From Mycobacteriales bacterium (GTDB lineage Bacteria > Actinomycetota > Actinomycetes > JAFAQI01), in the NCBI GenBank assembly GCA_035695245.1, contig DASSEQ010000054.1, positions 731 to 64,730 on the forward strand: a stretch of DNA of 64,000 bases, written 5' to 3'. The notes beneath the pieces were generated by a model, which did no database searches, was not told where the DNA came from, and worked only from the letters and a program-made list of their open reading frames with translations. Positions 46,644 through 55,120 of this stretch are shown here, piece by piece (the stretch's first letter is position 1; every line of letters starts with the position of its first letter). A program made the translations under genes and the position numbers.

Positions 46644-47794
46644 GACTCGGGCAGCAGTAGCCGGTCGAGTGCAGGCGCCGCGGCCAACGGCGTCAACGAA
46701 CGGTCGTCGAACGCGTACGCCGGTTGCGCACGAACACGACCGGAGGAATCGGTGTCGAGCACCGCAACTCCCGCCACCTGTCGGCGCCCATCGTCGCGCC
46801 GGCGCAAGTGGACGGCAGCTTGGACGGCGGCGGCCAGTTGGGAATGTGCGGCATCACGAGTCAAGCCGGCAAGTGCACAAAGAGCTTCGAACCTTGCCGG
46901 CAGATGCTCGATGCGGTTGGTGTGGATCGTCACTGCACCACCGTCATGGCCAGTGTTCAACGCGGTGAGCAAGTCGAGGACTTCCGGGCCACGGGCCTCG
47001 CCGACGACGATCCGGTCGGGGCGCATGCGCAACGCTTCTCGAACCAACGTCGACATCGCTACTGCGCCCGCACCTTCGGCGTTGTCGTGTCGTGTCTGCA
47101 GCCGCACCACATGCGGGTGGTCGGGGCGCAGCTCGGCCGCGTCTTCCACCATGACGATGCGCTCAGCGGGTGGCACCAACGAAAGCAAGGACGACAGCAG
47201 CGTGGTCTTTCCGGTGCCGGTCCCTCCGCTGACAACGAAAGACAAACGATGCTCCACGATGCGCCGCAAGAGATCCGCGCCCGCGCTCGGCATGCTGCGA
47301 CGTTGCACCAACTCGTCGATGTGGAACGTGCGCCGCGGTGGCACGCGCAGCGACAGGGTCGTCCCTTGAGCGGCGATCGGCGGGAGCACCGCGTGCACGC
47401 GAGTGCCATCGGAAAGCACGACGTCTGCGCAGGGACACGCGTCGTCGAGTCGACGGCCCACCGATGCAGTGAGACGTTGGGCAAGACGCCGCAGGCTGCT
47501 CTCGTCATCGATGTGGACGCCGCTGCGCTCGGCGCCTCGACCGCGGTCGACCCACACCGGCCCCGGGCCGTTGACGAGCACATCGGAGACATCCGGGTCC
47601 TCGACTAACTGTTGCAACGGGCCGACGCCGCCGACCTCTGAGCGCAGCAGGTCCCAGATCGCCAACAGCGAGCCAGGTCCGGCGAGCGGGTCGTGTGCCC
47701 GGACCGACGCAGCGACCGCCAACCCGTCGGTGAGGTCGGGGAGCTCTCGCCGAAGGTCGGCGACCACACTGCGAGCCGTCGGACTCGGGGTCAT
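46640..47794 (-). CDS. CpaF/TadA-type secretion ATPase ('helicase/secretion neighborhood' ATPase)
   Basis: Track ORF 46640..47986 trimmed to ATG 47794 (ATGA overlap). Walker A VVSGGTGTGKTTLL, Walker B RIVMVEDAAEL and GHDGGAVTIHTN. Confidence 0.88.
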   Translation of the reverse strand: MTPSPTARSVVADLRRELPDLTDGLAVAASVRAHDPLAGPGSLLAIWDLLRSEVGGVGPLQQLVEDPDVSDVLVNGPGPVWVDRGRGAERSGVHIDDESSLRRLAQRLTASVGRRLDDACPCADVVLSDGTRVHAVLPPIAAQGTTLSLRVPPRRTFHIDELVQRRSMPSAGADLLRRIVEHRLSFVVSGGTGTGKTTLLSSLLSLVPPAERIVMVEDAAELRPDHPHVVRLQTRHDNAEGAGAVAMSTLVREALRMRPDRIVVGEARGPEVLDLLTALNTGHDGGAVTIHTNRIEHLPARFEALCALAGLTRDAAHSQLAAAVQAAVHLRRRDDGRRQVAGVAVLDTDSSGRVRAQPAYAFDDRSLTPLAAAPALDRLLLPES

Positions 47795-48846
47795 CGGTCG
47801 GACTCGGCGAGACCGTTGATGACCTTGGCGGCGACAGGAGCCGCTGTTGTGCGGCGCCATCGGCCGACGAATGTGCCGGCGTCGACGATCTGGCCGATCC
47901 GGCGGTCCCAACCCCAAGCGGCAACGACGGGCACGCCGACGGCCGCCGTCACATCGCGCAGGCGCAGCTGACTTCGCTCCGGACATCGCACGACTGCCCG
48001 GACGTCACGGCACAGGGCACGCGCGGCATCGACCACCCGGGCGCCCGCTGCAACTCCTCGTACGTCGGGGGTCACGACTACCACGGCGAGATCCGCCCCG
48101 GGCAGCGCGGCCGCGACGATCTCCCGACGCCGCGGGAGGTCGGCGATGACCCACTCGTGGCGGCCGGCTTCGGCTGTGATGAACGTCCGGACGACCTCCG
48201 CGTCGACGTCGACCTGCTGCCTCGCGTCCCCGGTCAGGACCGAAACGCCAGCCACGGCGGGCAAGGCCGCCGTGACGGCAGCGACGTCGACCGGCCCCCG
48301 CTCGAGGATGGCGGACCAGCGGCACCCCTCCGAGCGTTCCAGGCCGAGCAGCAGCTCCTGCCCTCCTCCCGAGGGGTCGAGATCGAGCAGCATCGTCCGC
48401 CGATCGTCATTCGCGACCGAAAGGGCGAGGGTCGCCGACAAGACCGAGGCGCCGGCACCACCACGACCCGGCAGCACGCACACCACGCGGCCGCGGGCTC
48501 GACCCGTGCCGGTGTCGTGCAGACATTCCATGAACGCCCGCTGCTCATCCGGGAGCACCACCAGGCGCTGGGCGCCGACGGCGAGAGCCGCTCGCCAGTC
48601 CTCCGGTCGGGGTTCGCCCGCGCTGACCGCGATCAGACGAGCGATCGGCACTGGTCCGGACAGAGCACGGGCGGTCTCGAGGTCGAGCACGACCATGGCA
48701 TCGCTCGGCGCGACGCCAAGTGCCGCGGCCGGCACCGCTTCGACGGCGAAGCCGGCCATGCTCGCGAGCTGCGAGACGGTCTGCAGCATCGCGCTGTCCG
48801 CGATGGCAGCGACCAAGCGCCGGCTCGCACCCGCACCGTCGATCAC
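47791..48846 (-). CDS. CpaE-like ParA/MinD-family protein (Rv3660c/Ssd-like)
   Basis: Track ORF 47791..49035 trimmed to GTG 48846, preceded by GGAGGTGG at 9-nt spacing. N-terminal receiver-like part, then VVCVLPGRGGAGASVLSATLALSVA. Confidence 0.75.
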   Translation of the reverse strand: MIDGAGASRRLVAAIADSAMLQTVSQLASMAGFAVEAVPAAALGVAPSDAMVVLDLETARALSGPVPIARLIAVSAGEPRPEDWRAALAVGAQRLVVLPDEQRAFMECLHDTGTGRARGRVVCVLPGRGGAGASVLSATLALSVANDDRRTMLLDLDPSGGGQELLLGLERSEGCRWSAILERGPVDVAAVTAALPAVAGVSVLTGDARQQVDVDAEVVRTFITAEAGRHEWVIADLPRRREIVAAALPGADLAVVVVTPDVRGVAAGARVVDAARALCRDVRAVVRCPERSQLRLRDVTAAVGVPVVAAWGWDRRIGQIVDAGTFVGRWRRTTAAPVAAKVINGLAESDR

Positions 48847-48948
48847 GTCATCCCACCTCCGCCACCACGGTCGCCCGGACCAGCGCGAAGTCGGGCCGGG
48901 GCCGCACGGATGTGGACGGCAGCGCCAACTGAGGGCTTGCGGATATGG

Positions 48949-49014
48949 GACGGCCCCCGCCGGGGGGGTAGCGGGGGCCGTCGCGAGATCCGACTCCGGG
49001 GGGGACGAGCCGGA
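48949..49014 (-). ncRNA. 6C-family small RNA (core two stem-loops; true 5'/3' ends not determined)
   Basis: On the minus strand, SL1 is UCCGGCUC-[GUCCCCCCCG]-GAGUCGGA (8 bp including one G-U). SL2 is GACGGCCCCCGC-[UACCCCCCCG]-GCGGGGGCCGUC (12 perfect bp). Each loop has 7 consecutive C. The G-U in SL1 would be an A-C mismatch on the plus strand, which supports minus-strand transcription. Confidence 0.8.
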
Positions 49015-49393
49015 CCCGTTCAGGGACGCGGGCACAGCACCCGCGGGGTAGCCGGAAACTGCCCGGCCAACACCTTTCCAAACCTACAAGGCAGAGAAAT
49101 TCTGCCCCGTCGTGGTCTGGTCAAGCAGCGGCCGTCGGAGTAGAACAAGGTGCACGGAGACCTTCGGGTGGCGAGTGGCCGAGCTCCCTCCCCTCGAAGC
49201 TCCGCGCACGAAGACCGGGCACCCACGCGGGCGTCAGCCGCAGGAGGCAGCCGAGTCCGGGGCTGGTCCCCGGCCGGCGACGAGAGCCGGCGCATGGTCA
49301 CCCGGTGGACGTGCCAGTGAACGGCGTCCCGCAGCGGACGCCGTTCGCATGTGCGACCGTGTTCGCCGTACGAGGACCGGGTAGCGACCGGAC

Positions 49394-49867
49394 ATGGCGG
49401 AGAGCATTGGGGGCCTGGTGACCGAGAAAAAAATGTCCTCTGGCGAGGAGCCGTCGCTCGGCGAACTCGTGTCCACGGCGACGCGTGATCTGTCGCTGCT
49501 GATCCACAAGGAAGTCGAGCTCGCCAAGACCGAGATAACCGAAGAGGTCAAACGGGTCGGCATCGGTGCCGGCTTCCTCGGCGGGGCCGGATTCGTCGGT
49601 CTGTTCGCCTTCGTCTTCCTGTCCGTGGCGGCAGCACTCGGCATCTCCGAGGGCGCAGATCTCCCGTTGTGGGCGGGCTTCGTATGTATCGGCGGCGGAT
49701 TCGGCGGTCTCGCCGGGCTGCTGGGGCTCGCCGGGCTCGGTAAGGTCGTCAAAGTTCAGGGACCGCAGCGGACCATCCGCACGGTGAGGGACGACATCGA
49801 GTGGGCTCGCCACCCCACCGTGGCGCCGGACCCCGAGCTCGAGGATCTGCGGGCGCGTCATCGCTGA
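49394..49867 (+). CDS. actinobacterial Holin-X-like (holin superfamily III / Phage_holin_3_6) membrane protein
   Basis: Track ORF. PSLGELVSTATRDLSLLIHKEVELAKTEITEE followed by two Gly-rich TM helices (GAGFLGGAGFVGLFAFVFLSVAAAL). Confidence 0.7.
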   Translation: MAESIGGLVTEKKMSSGEEPSLGELVSTATRDLSLLIHKEVELAKTEITEEVKRVGIGAGFLGGAGFVGLFAFVFLSVAAALGISEGADLPLWAGFVCIGGGFGGLAGLLGLAGLGKVVKVQGPQRTIRTVRDDIEWARHPTVAPDPELEDLRARHR

Positions 49868-49890
49868 GTCGTGATGGCGCTGAGTCCCTG

Positions 49891-50811
49891 ATGGCCCGGG
49901 CACGGCCGTTGGTCGAAGAGTCTGCCGTTCTCCTCGACGGACCCTGGGCTCATCGCGACGTGAGCGCAAACGGCATCCGTCTTCACGTCGCTGAAGCAGG
50001 TGCCGGCCCGCTGGTGGTCTTGTTGCACGGCTTTCCGGAGTTCTGGTGGTCGTGGCGCCACCAGCTGGTCGCGTTGGCCGATGCCGGTTTTCGTGCCGTT
50101 GCCCCGGACCTGCGTGGCTACGGCGCCAGCGACAAGCCGCCACGGGGCTACGACGCGATGACGCTCGCGGCTGACATCGCGGGACTGATTCGCGCGCTGG
50201 GCGAGCGTGAAGCAGTCGTCGTCGGGCACGACTGGGGCGGCCAGGTTGCCTGGACCATGGCCGCGCTGCACGGCGCCGTCGTTCGCCGTATCGCGGTCCT
50301 GTCGGTGCCGCATCCGCTTCGATGGCCCGCGGCGCTCGTTCGCGATGGACAGCAACGACAAGCAAGCCGTTACATCGCAAGGTTCCAGTTGCCCTGGCAC
50401 CCGGAGCGATGGATCGTCGCTGACGACGCGACGAACATCGCGGGACTCCTCGGTGAGTGGGGTGGCCCGCACTTCCCGGATCCGGACACGGAGCGGCGAT
50501 GCCGCGACGCGATGCAGATCCTGCATGCGCCGCACTGCGCGCTGGAGTACTACCGCTGGGCGGTGCGCTCGGTGCCGCGCAGTGACGGACGCCGATTCCG
50601 GCGAGCCTTGCAAACGCCCATCCGGGTGCCGACATTGCAGTTGCACGGCGCCCTCGATCGATGCGTTCTCCCGACGACCGCTCAGGGTTCCGGCCGCTAC
50701 GTCAGCGCGGCGTACGAGTGGCGGTTGTACGACGACTGCGGGCACTTTCCCCATCAGGAACGGCCGGACGTCGTCAGCGGTGACTTGGTCCGTTGGTGCA
50801 AGGAGGCGTGA
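49891..50811 (+). CDS. alpha/beta hydrolase (epoxide-hydrolase-like)
   Basis: Track ORF 49801..50811 trimmed to ATG 49891. HGFPEFWWSWRHQ oxyanion motif and nucleophile VVGHDWGGQVAW. Confidence 0.85.
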   Translation: MARARPLVEESAVLLDGPWAHRDVSANGIRLHVAEAGAGPLVVLLHGFPEFWWSWRHQLVALADAGFRAVAPDLRGYGASDKPPRGYDAMTLAADIAGLIRALGEREAVVVGHDWGGQVAWTMAALHGAVVRRIAVLSVPHPLRWPAALVRDGQQRQASRYIARFQLPWHPERWIVADDATNIAGLLGEWGGPHFPDPDTERRCRDAMQILHAPHCALEYYRWAVRSVPRSDGRRFRRALQTPIRVPTLQLHGALDRCVLPTTAQGSGRYVSAAYEWRLYDDCGHFPHQERPDVVSGDLVRWCKEA

Positions 50812-51263
50812 CGAGAAGCCCACGGCCGAGAGACCGGTTCGGACGCCCGCTGGCGCGCGACAGCGGCGTCCCGGTCGAGCCCGATCCGGAGCCACTGCCG
50901 CCCGATCAAAGTCTGGATCTCGCCCAGTCATTGCTCGAAGACGGTCGCGCTTTCCGAGCCCACGAGGTGCTCGAAGCAATCTGGAAGCACGACGACACCG
51001 AGACCAAGGACATGTGGCGCGGCCTGGCCCAACTTGCGGTCGGCGTCACCCACGCGCAGCGCGGCAACGCCGCCGGCGCTGTTGCGTTGCTTCGCCGATC
51101 GGCGGACACCTTGAGCCCCTGGGCCGGCCAGACACCGCACTCGGTCGAGGTCGACGCGGTTCGGCTATGGGCGCTTCGGTCGGCGCAGGCGATCGAAGCA
51201 AGCGGTGGGTTGGAGCCGACTGCGGCAGTCTCCGATCTTCCGCGGTTGTCAGGCGGCGGATGA
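50793..51263 (+). CDS. DUF309-domain protein
   Basis: Track ORF (TTG 50793; GTG 50796 or GTG 50808 with GTGA overlap also possible). Motifs FRAHEVLEAIWK and GLAQLAVGVTHAQRGN. Confidence 0.65.
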   Translation: MVQGGVTRSPRPRDRFGRPLARDSGVPVEPDPEPLPPDQSLDLAQSLLEDGRAFRAHEVLEAIWKHDDTETKDMWRGLAQLAVGVTHAQRGNAAGAVALLRRSADTLSPWAGQTPHSVEVDAVRLWALRSAQAIEASGGLEPTAAVSDLPRLSGGG

Positions 51264-51647
51264 CCGCTCGAGGCTGACGCGGACGAGGTTGTCCAAGTAG
51301 CGCTCGACGTCGCGGCGCAACTCGCGGTCACGGTCACCGGCCGTTGTCAGCACGAGCGCCACTTCGCAGCCCCCGTCGCTCGCCGGGCGGATGGACATGC
51401 GGCCGGCGGCCACCGTCGGTGCGCCCGCTCGCACCAATATCCGCGCAACGAATCCGACGCCGGTCCGCCGCGGCGGATCGACGGTGACGGCAGTCGCCGG
51501 CGCAGCGTCCACGAGAGCGATCGGGCGACCGGGGACCGGCTGGTCCTCGGACCGCGGCCACAGCTCCCGCGCGGCGGGGCCGGCGAGAACGAGCGCGACG
51601 CTGGAGGGGTCGGCGAGCACGGATCGAGTCACCTCGATGCTGGTCAC
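51249..51647 (-). CDS. hypothetical protein, SRPBCC-like by N-terminal pattern
   Basis: Track ORF. GTG start preceded by AGGAGA at 5-nt spacing. IEVTRSVLADPSSVALVLAGPAARELWP resembles START/SRPBCC N-termini. The fold assignment is weak. Confidence 0.5.
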   Translation of the reverse strand: MTSIEVTRSVLADPSSVALVLAGPAARELWPRSEDQPVPGRPIALVDAAPATAVTVDPPRRTGVGFVARILVRAGAPTVAAGRMSIRPASDGGCEVALVLTTAGDRDRELRRDVERYLDNLVRVSLERSSAA

Positions 51648-51744
51648 GGTGCTCTCCTAGGGTCGGTTGGGCCTGCGCCCTAGTGCTTGCTGGGCGCTAA
51701 CTACAGTAAGCACTGTAGCCTCTTCGGGGTCCAGCAAACGCTCA

Positions 51745-51760
51745 TGTGACACCTGTCACC
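51745..51760. promoter_or_regulatory. candidate CRP-binding site TGTGA-N6-TCAC(C)
   Basis: TGTGACACCTGTCACC, containing the perfect palindrome GTGACA-CC-TGTCAC. It matches the TGTGA-N6-TCACA consensus at 9 of 10 positions and lies about 100 nt upstream of the GTG of the minus-strand gene 51249..51647. A crp gene is encoded 4 kb away. Confidence 0.5.
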
Positions 51761-51813
51761 GGGTGAATTTTTTGAATGACACCAACGGTTTCGGGTGTCG
51801 TGCGCCAGGCGGC

Positions 51814-52992
51814 CTAGTCGCAGCCCTGGGTCGAAACCTGTTGCGTGGCTGCTTGCCCCGCTGCGGCGTCGCCCGCCACCTCGTGCGCTGTGAGCGCGTA
51901 GCCGGTGTGCGGGTCGTCGACGGAGGCCGCGAAGACCACGCCGTAGACGGCCCCGTCTGGCGAGAGCAGCGGACCACCGGAGTTGCCCGGCCGCACGGTT
52001 GCGTAGACCGCATAGATCTCGCGGGTGACCTGCCGGTCCTGGTAGATGTCAGGACCCTGGGCCGGTTGGCGGGTGCGGATGCGCGCGGCAACCGCTTGAA
52101 ACGGGCCGTTCTCGGGATATCCGGCGACGACCGCGCTCTGCCCTGCTGACGCAACGCCGGCAAACGAAAGCGGTCGCGTGTCGAGGCCCGGCACGAACAA
52201 CACAGCCACGTCCCGCCGAGGGTCATACAGAACGACTCGCGCGTCGTAGGTGCGACCCGCCACCGTGAGCACGCTGGGCGAGCGCACGCCGGCGACGACG
52301 TGCGCGTTGGTGATCACATGCTGCGGAGCAAAGAGGAACCCACTGCCTTCGAGCTGGCGGCGGCAGGACGGCGCGACGCCGGTGACTTTCACGATGTCCG
52401 GCTCGGCGACCTGCACGGCCCGGCTACCGGCGACGCGCGGGTCGGGTGGTGCCACCGGCACGATCCGCTCCGCGCCGATGGCGCCGAAGACCTGCGGGAA
52501 CCCGTTCTGTTGCACGAGACGGCGGAACGCCGCGTCCCACGTCTTTGCGCTGTCCGGCATCATGCCGTCGATGGTGGTGAGGATCCGCGAGTGCTGGATC
52601 TGCCGCGCGACACCGGTGAGGGCGCTGTGCGCCAGCGCCGTACCGAGGAACCACCCCACCAGCAACACCGAGAGAACGCTGACCCCGGCGCCTGCCATCG
52701 CGTCGACTTGGCGAGCCGGCTGCCAGGTGAGACGGCGGCGCAGCAGGTCGCCGACGATCGTCGCGAGCACTTGACCGACCGCGGCAGCAACGAACACGAC
52801 CACCAAGCCGAAGACAGCGGACCGGCCATGGCCGCCGAACCACCGATGAAGCGTTGCGGCATACCTTGCGCCGAGCACGCCGCCGCCGAAGAACCCCACG
52901 AACGACAGCACCCCGATGATGAAACCTTGCCGGTAGCCGGAGAGCGCGAATCCGGCGCACGCGAGCAAGAGGAGCAGGTCGAGCAGATCCAT
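51814..52992 (-). CDS. marP: MarP-family membrane serine protease (CvpA-like TM domain + trypsin-like domain)
   Basis: Track ORF 51814..53091 trimmed to ATG 52992 (MDLLDLLLLLACAGFAL..), ATGA overlap. Four TM helices, then the triad contexts TNAHVVAG, DVAVLFV and PGNSGGPLL. Confidence 0.88.
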   Translation of the reverse strand: MDLLDLLLLLACAGFALSGYRQGFIIGVLSFVGFFGGGVLGARYAATLHRWFGGHGRSAVFGLVVVFVAAAVGQVLATIVGDLLRRRLTWQPARQVDAMAGAGVSVLSVLLVGWFLGTALAHSALTGVARQIQHSRILTTIDGMMPDSAKTWDAAFRRLVQQNGFPQVFGAIGAERIVPVAPPDPRVAGSRAVQVAEPDIVKVTGVAPSCRRQLEGSGFLFAPQHVITNAHVVAGVRSPSVLTVAGRTYDARVVLYDPRRDVAVLFVPGLDTRPLSFAGVASAGQSAVVAGYPENGPFQAVAARIRTRQPAQGPDIYQDRQVTREIYAVYATVRPGNSGGPLLSPDGAVYGVVFAASVDDPHTGYALTAHEVAGDAAAGQAATQQVSTQGCD

Positions 52993-53675
52993 CAGCTGTT
53001 CCCGGCCGACCGGCGCCGTTGACGCATCGCGAGCTCTACAGCGCGCGGCGGGAGATCCTGCACCCGGTCCAGGTCCCACGGTTGGGCCCACCCGCCGAGG
53101 TCGAGCAAGCGGTCCAGCACGCCGGCGGTGAAGCCCCAGACCAGCATGCCGGCCACCTCGAAGGCCGGACCGAGGTAGCCGCTCGGTGCTCGCACCCGCA
53201 ACCGGTTCGCCGGGTTGGCAAGGTCACCGAGGGGTACGCGGGCAACCGCGGCGACCTCGCCGGGTTGCGGCCGCACTTCAGACGGTGTGTGCCACCAACC
53301 CACGACGGGAGTCACCACGTTGCCCGAGGGCGGGACCCACAGCTCCGGCAGCACCTGAAGGACCGTGACGCCGGACGGATCCAGTCCGGTCTCCTCCTGC
53401 GCCTCGCGCAAGGCCGCGCCGACGGGCCCGTCATCGGTGTCGTCGATGCCGCCACCGGGGAACGCCGGTTGCCCGGCGTGACTGCGCAAGTGGGCGCTTC
53501 GCTCGATGAGCAGCACGTCCGGACCGGCGCGCCCATCGCCGAACAGCACGAGCACAGCGGATCGACGTGCGTCGTCCGGTGCGCTTCCCACCCGAGGAAG
53601 CAGGTCCGGGGCGTCCGCACCACCGATCCGGTCCAGCAACGGCCGCAACCACCCGGGAAGGTCGCCGGCCGTCAC
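52992..53675 (-). CDS. NUDIX hydrolase (CoA-pyrophosphatase-like)
   Basis: Track ORF. Nudix box GGGIDDTDDGPVGAALREAQEETGL. Confidence 0.85.
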   Translation of the reverse strand: MTAGDLPGWLRPLLDRIGGADAPDLLPRVGSAPDDARRSAVLVLFGDGRAGPDVLLIERSAHLRSHAGQPAFPGGGIDDTDDGPVGAALREAQEETGLDPSGVTVLQVLPELWVPPSGNVVTPVVGWWHTPSEVRPQPGEVAAVARVPLGDLANPANRLRVRAPSGYLGPAFEVAGMLVWGFTAGVLDRLLDLGGWAQPWDLDRVQDLPPRAVELAMRQRRRSAGNS

Positions 53676-54271
53676 GCCGCGACCCCGAGGTAGCGCTTGA
53701 TGTCGGCGCGAAGGGCCGCTGCCGACCGATATGGCCCCGGCGAGACCTTCACGATCCGGCCCGCGCCGTCCACGAAGATCGTGGTTGGCACCGCGCTCGG
53801 CAGGTTCAGCGCGATGAGCAGCTTCTTCGACTCGTCCTCTACTTGCGGATAACGCATCGGCGGCGTGACATGGGGCGCGAAGTCGAGCGCGCTCTTCGGG
53901 TCGTCCTCGGTGTCCACGCCGATGAAGCGCACGGACCCCTTCATCTCGTCATAGACCTGGGACAGGTAGCGGGTCTCGGTCTGACAAGGGCCGCACCACG
54001 AGCCCCAGATGTTGAGGACGGTGGGCTTTCCGCGCAACCCGTCGAGATGCACTGCCGGTCCGTTCGCGAGACACGGCAGGGTGAGATCGGGCAGCGACTT
54101 GGCCGCTCTGGGCTGCTGCTCCGTGACGGGACACGGGTCGAGATCAGCCTTGCCGATCAGCTCGGAGAGTCCCGGGCCTGGTGGAAGCGGGACCGGGGTG
54201 CCAGCGGACTTCGACGTGCAGGCGGTGCAGATCGCGGCCACGACCGCGAGCAGCAGGACCGCGCGTCTCAC
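53672..54271 (-). CDS. TlpA-family thiol:disulfide oxidoreductase lipoprotein
   Basis: Track ORF 53672..54511 trimmed to GTG 54271 (GTGA overlap with the nth stop). Signal/lipobox [20 protein letters not shown] and thioredoxin motif WGSWCGPC. Confidence 0.85.
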   Translation of the reverse strand: MRRAVLLLAVVAAICTACTSKSAGTPVPLPPGPGLSELIGKADLDPCPVTEQQPRAAKSLPDLTLPCLANGPAVHLDGLRGKPTVLNIWGSWCGPCQTETRYLSQVYDEMKGSVRFIGVDTEDDPKSALDFAPHVTPPMRYPQVEDESKKLLIALNLPSAVPTTIFVDGAGRIVKVSPGPYRSAAALRADIKRYLGVAA

Positions 54272-55074
54272 GAGGCCGCAACCGCTTCCGGGGACTTCAC
54301 CAGCTTGGCCGCCTGCTTGGCGTCGGTGGGACCGATCCCGTACGACGGGCACCAACGCGCCACCGGGCAAGCGCCGCAGGCGGGTTTGCGCGAGTGACAC
54401 ACCCGTCGCCCGTGCCAGATCAGCCGGTGCGAGAGCACGGTCCACTCTTTCTTCGGGAACAGCCTCCCCACCTGGTGCTCGACCTTGACGGGGTCTTCCT
54501 CGGTGGTCCATCCGAAGCGGCGCGACAAGCGCCCGAAGTGGGTGTCGACGGTGATGCCCGGAACCCCGAAGGCGTTTCCCAGCACGACGTTCGCGGTCTT
54601 GCGACCGACCCCTGGCAAGGTCACGAGATCGTCCAGACGCGCCGGCACCTCGCCGTCGTACCGCTCCACCAGTGCCTGCCCCAGCTTGATGAGACTGTCG
54701 GTCTTGGCACGGAAGAAACCGGTCGGCCGGATCATGTCCTCCATCGCGGCTCGGTCAGCCCCGGCCAGATCGGCCGCGCTGCGGTAGCGCGCGAAGACCT
54801 TCGGCGTGACTTCGTTGACGCGCTTGTCCGTGCACTGGGCCGAGAGGATCGTGGCGACCAGGAGCTGCAGCGGCGACGAGAAGTCGAGCTCGCAGTGCGC
54901 GTCCGGGTAGGCCGCCGCCAGACCCCGCCCGATGGCCCGGGCCCGCCGCACGAGCGAGGTGTCCGGCTTGTCCGCCCCTGCAGTCGGGGCGGACGGACGC
55001 GGCACGCTGACGAGGGTACGGCGCCCGATCCGGTACGCCGAGCGGGTGATGGGCGTCGCGACCGTCTCAAGCAT
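54268..55074 (-). CDS. nth: endonuclease III
   Basis: Track ORF 54268..55161. Start is uncertain: ATG 55074, GTG 55005 (which gives a length like other Nth proteins) or ATG 55122. Hh[22 protein letters not shown] and [4Fe-4S] cluster [17 protein letters not shown]. Confidence 0.88.
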   Translation of the reverse strand: MLETVATPITRSAYRIGRRTLVSVPRPSAPTAGADKPDTSLVRRARAIGRGLAAAYPDAHCELDFSSPLQLLVATILSAQCTDKRVNEVTPKVFARYRSAADLAGADRAAMEDMIRPTGFFRAKTDSLIKLGQALVERYDGEVPARLDDLVTLPGVGRKTANVVLGNAFGVPGITVDTHFGRLSRRFGWTTEEDPVKVEHQVGRLFPKKEWTVLSHRLIWHGRRVCHSRKPACGACPVARWCPSYGIGPTDAKQAAKLVKSPEAVAAS

Positions 55075-55120
55075 TTCCGGAACTCGGCCGATGGGCTCGT
55101 GACGGTTACGGAGAGTGATC

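Noticed and set aside
45555-47369. 604-aa plus-strand ORF across the tad genes
   Set aside because: It lies antisense to tadC/tadB/cpaF and is extremely Arg/Pro/Ser/Ala-rich. The minus-strand genes show 4-nt coupled starts and a clear secretion-ATPase P-loop.
48957-49004. Two plus-strand G7 runs as a possible G-quadruplex or slippery tract
   Set aside because: There are only two long G-tracts, and each sits in the loop of a strong hairpin. They are much better explained as the C-rich loops of a minus-strand 6C RNA.
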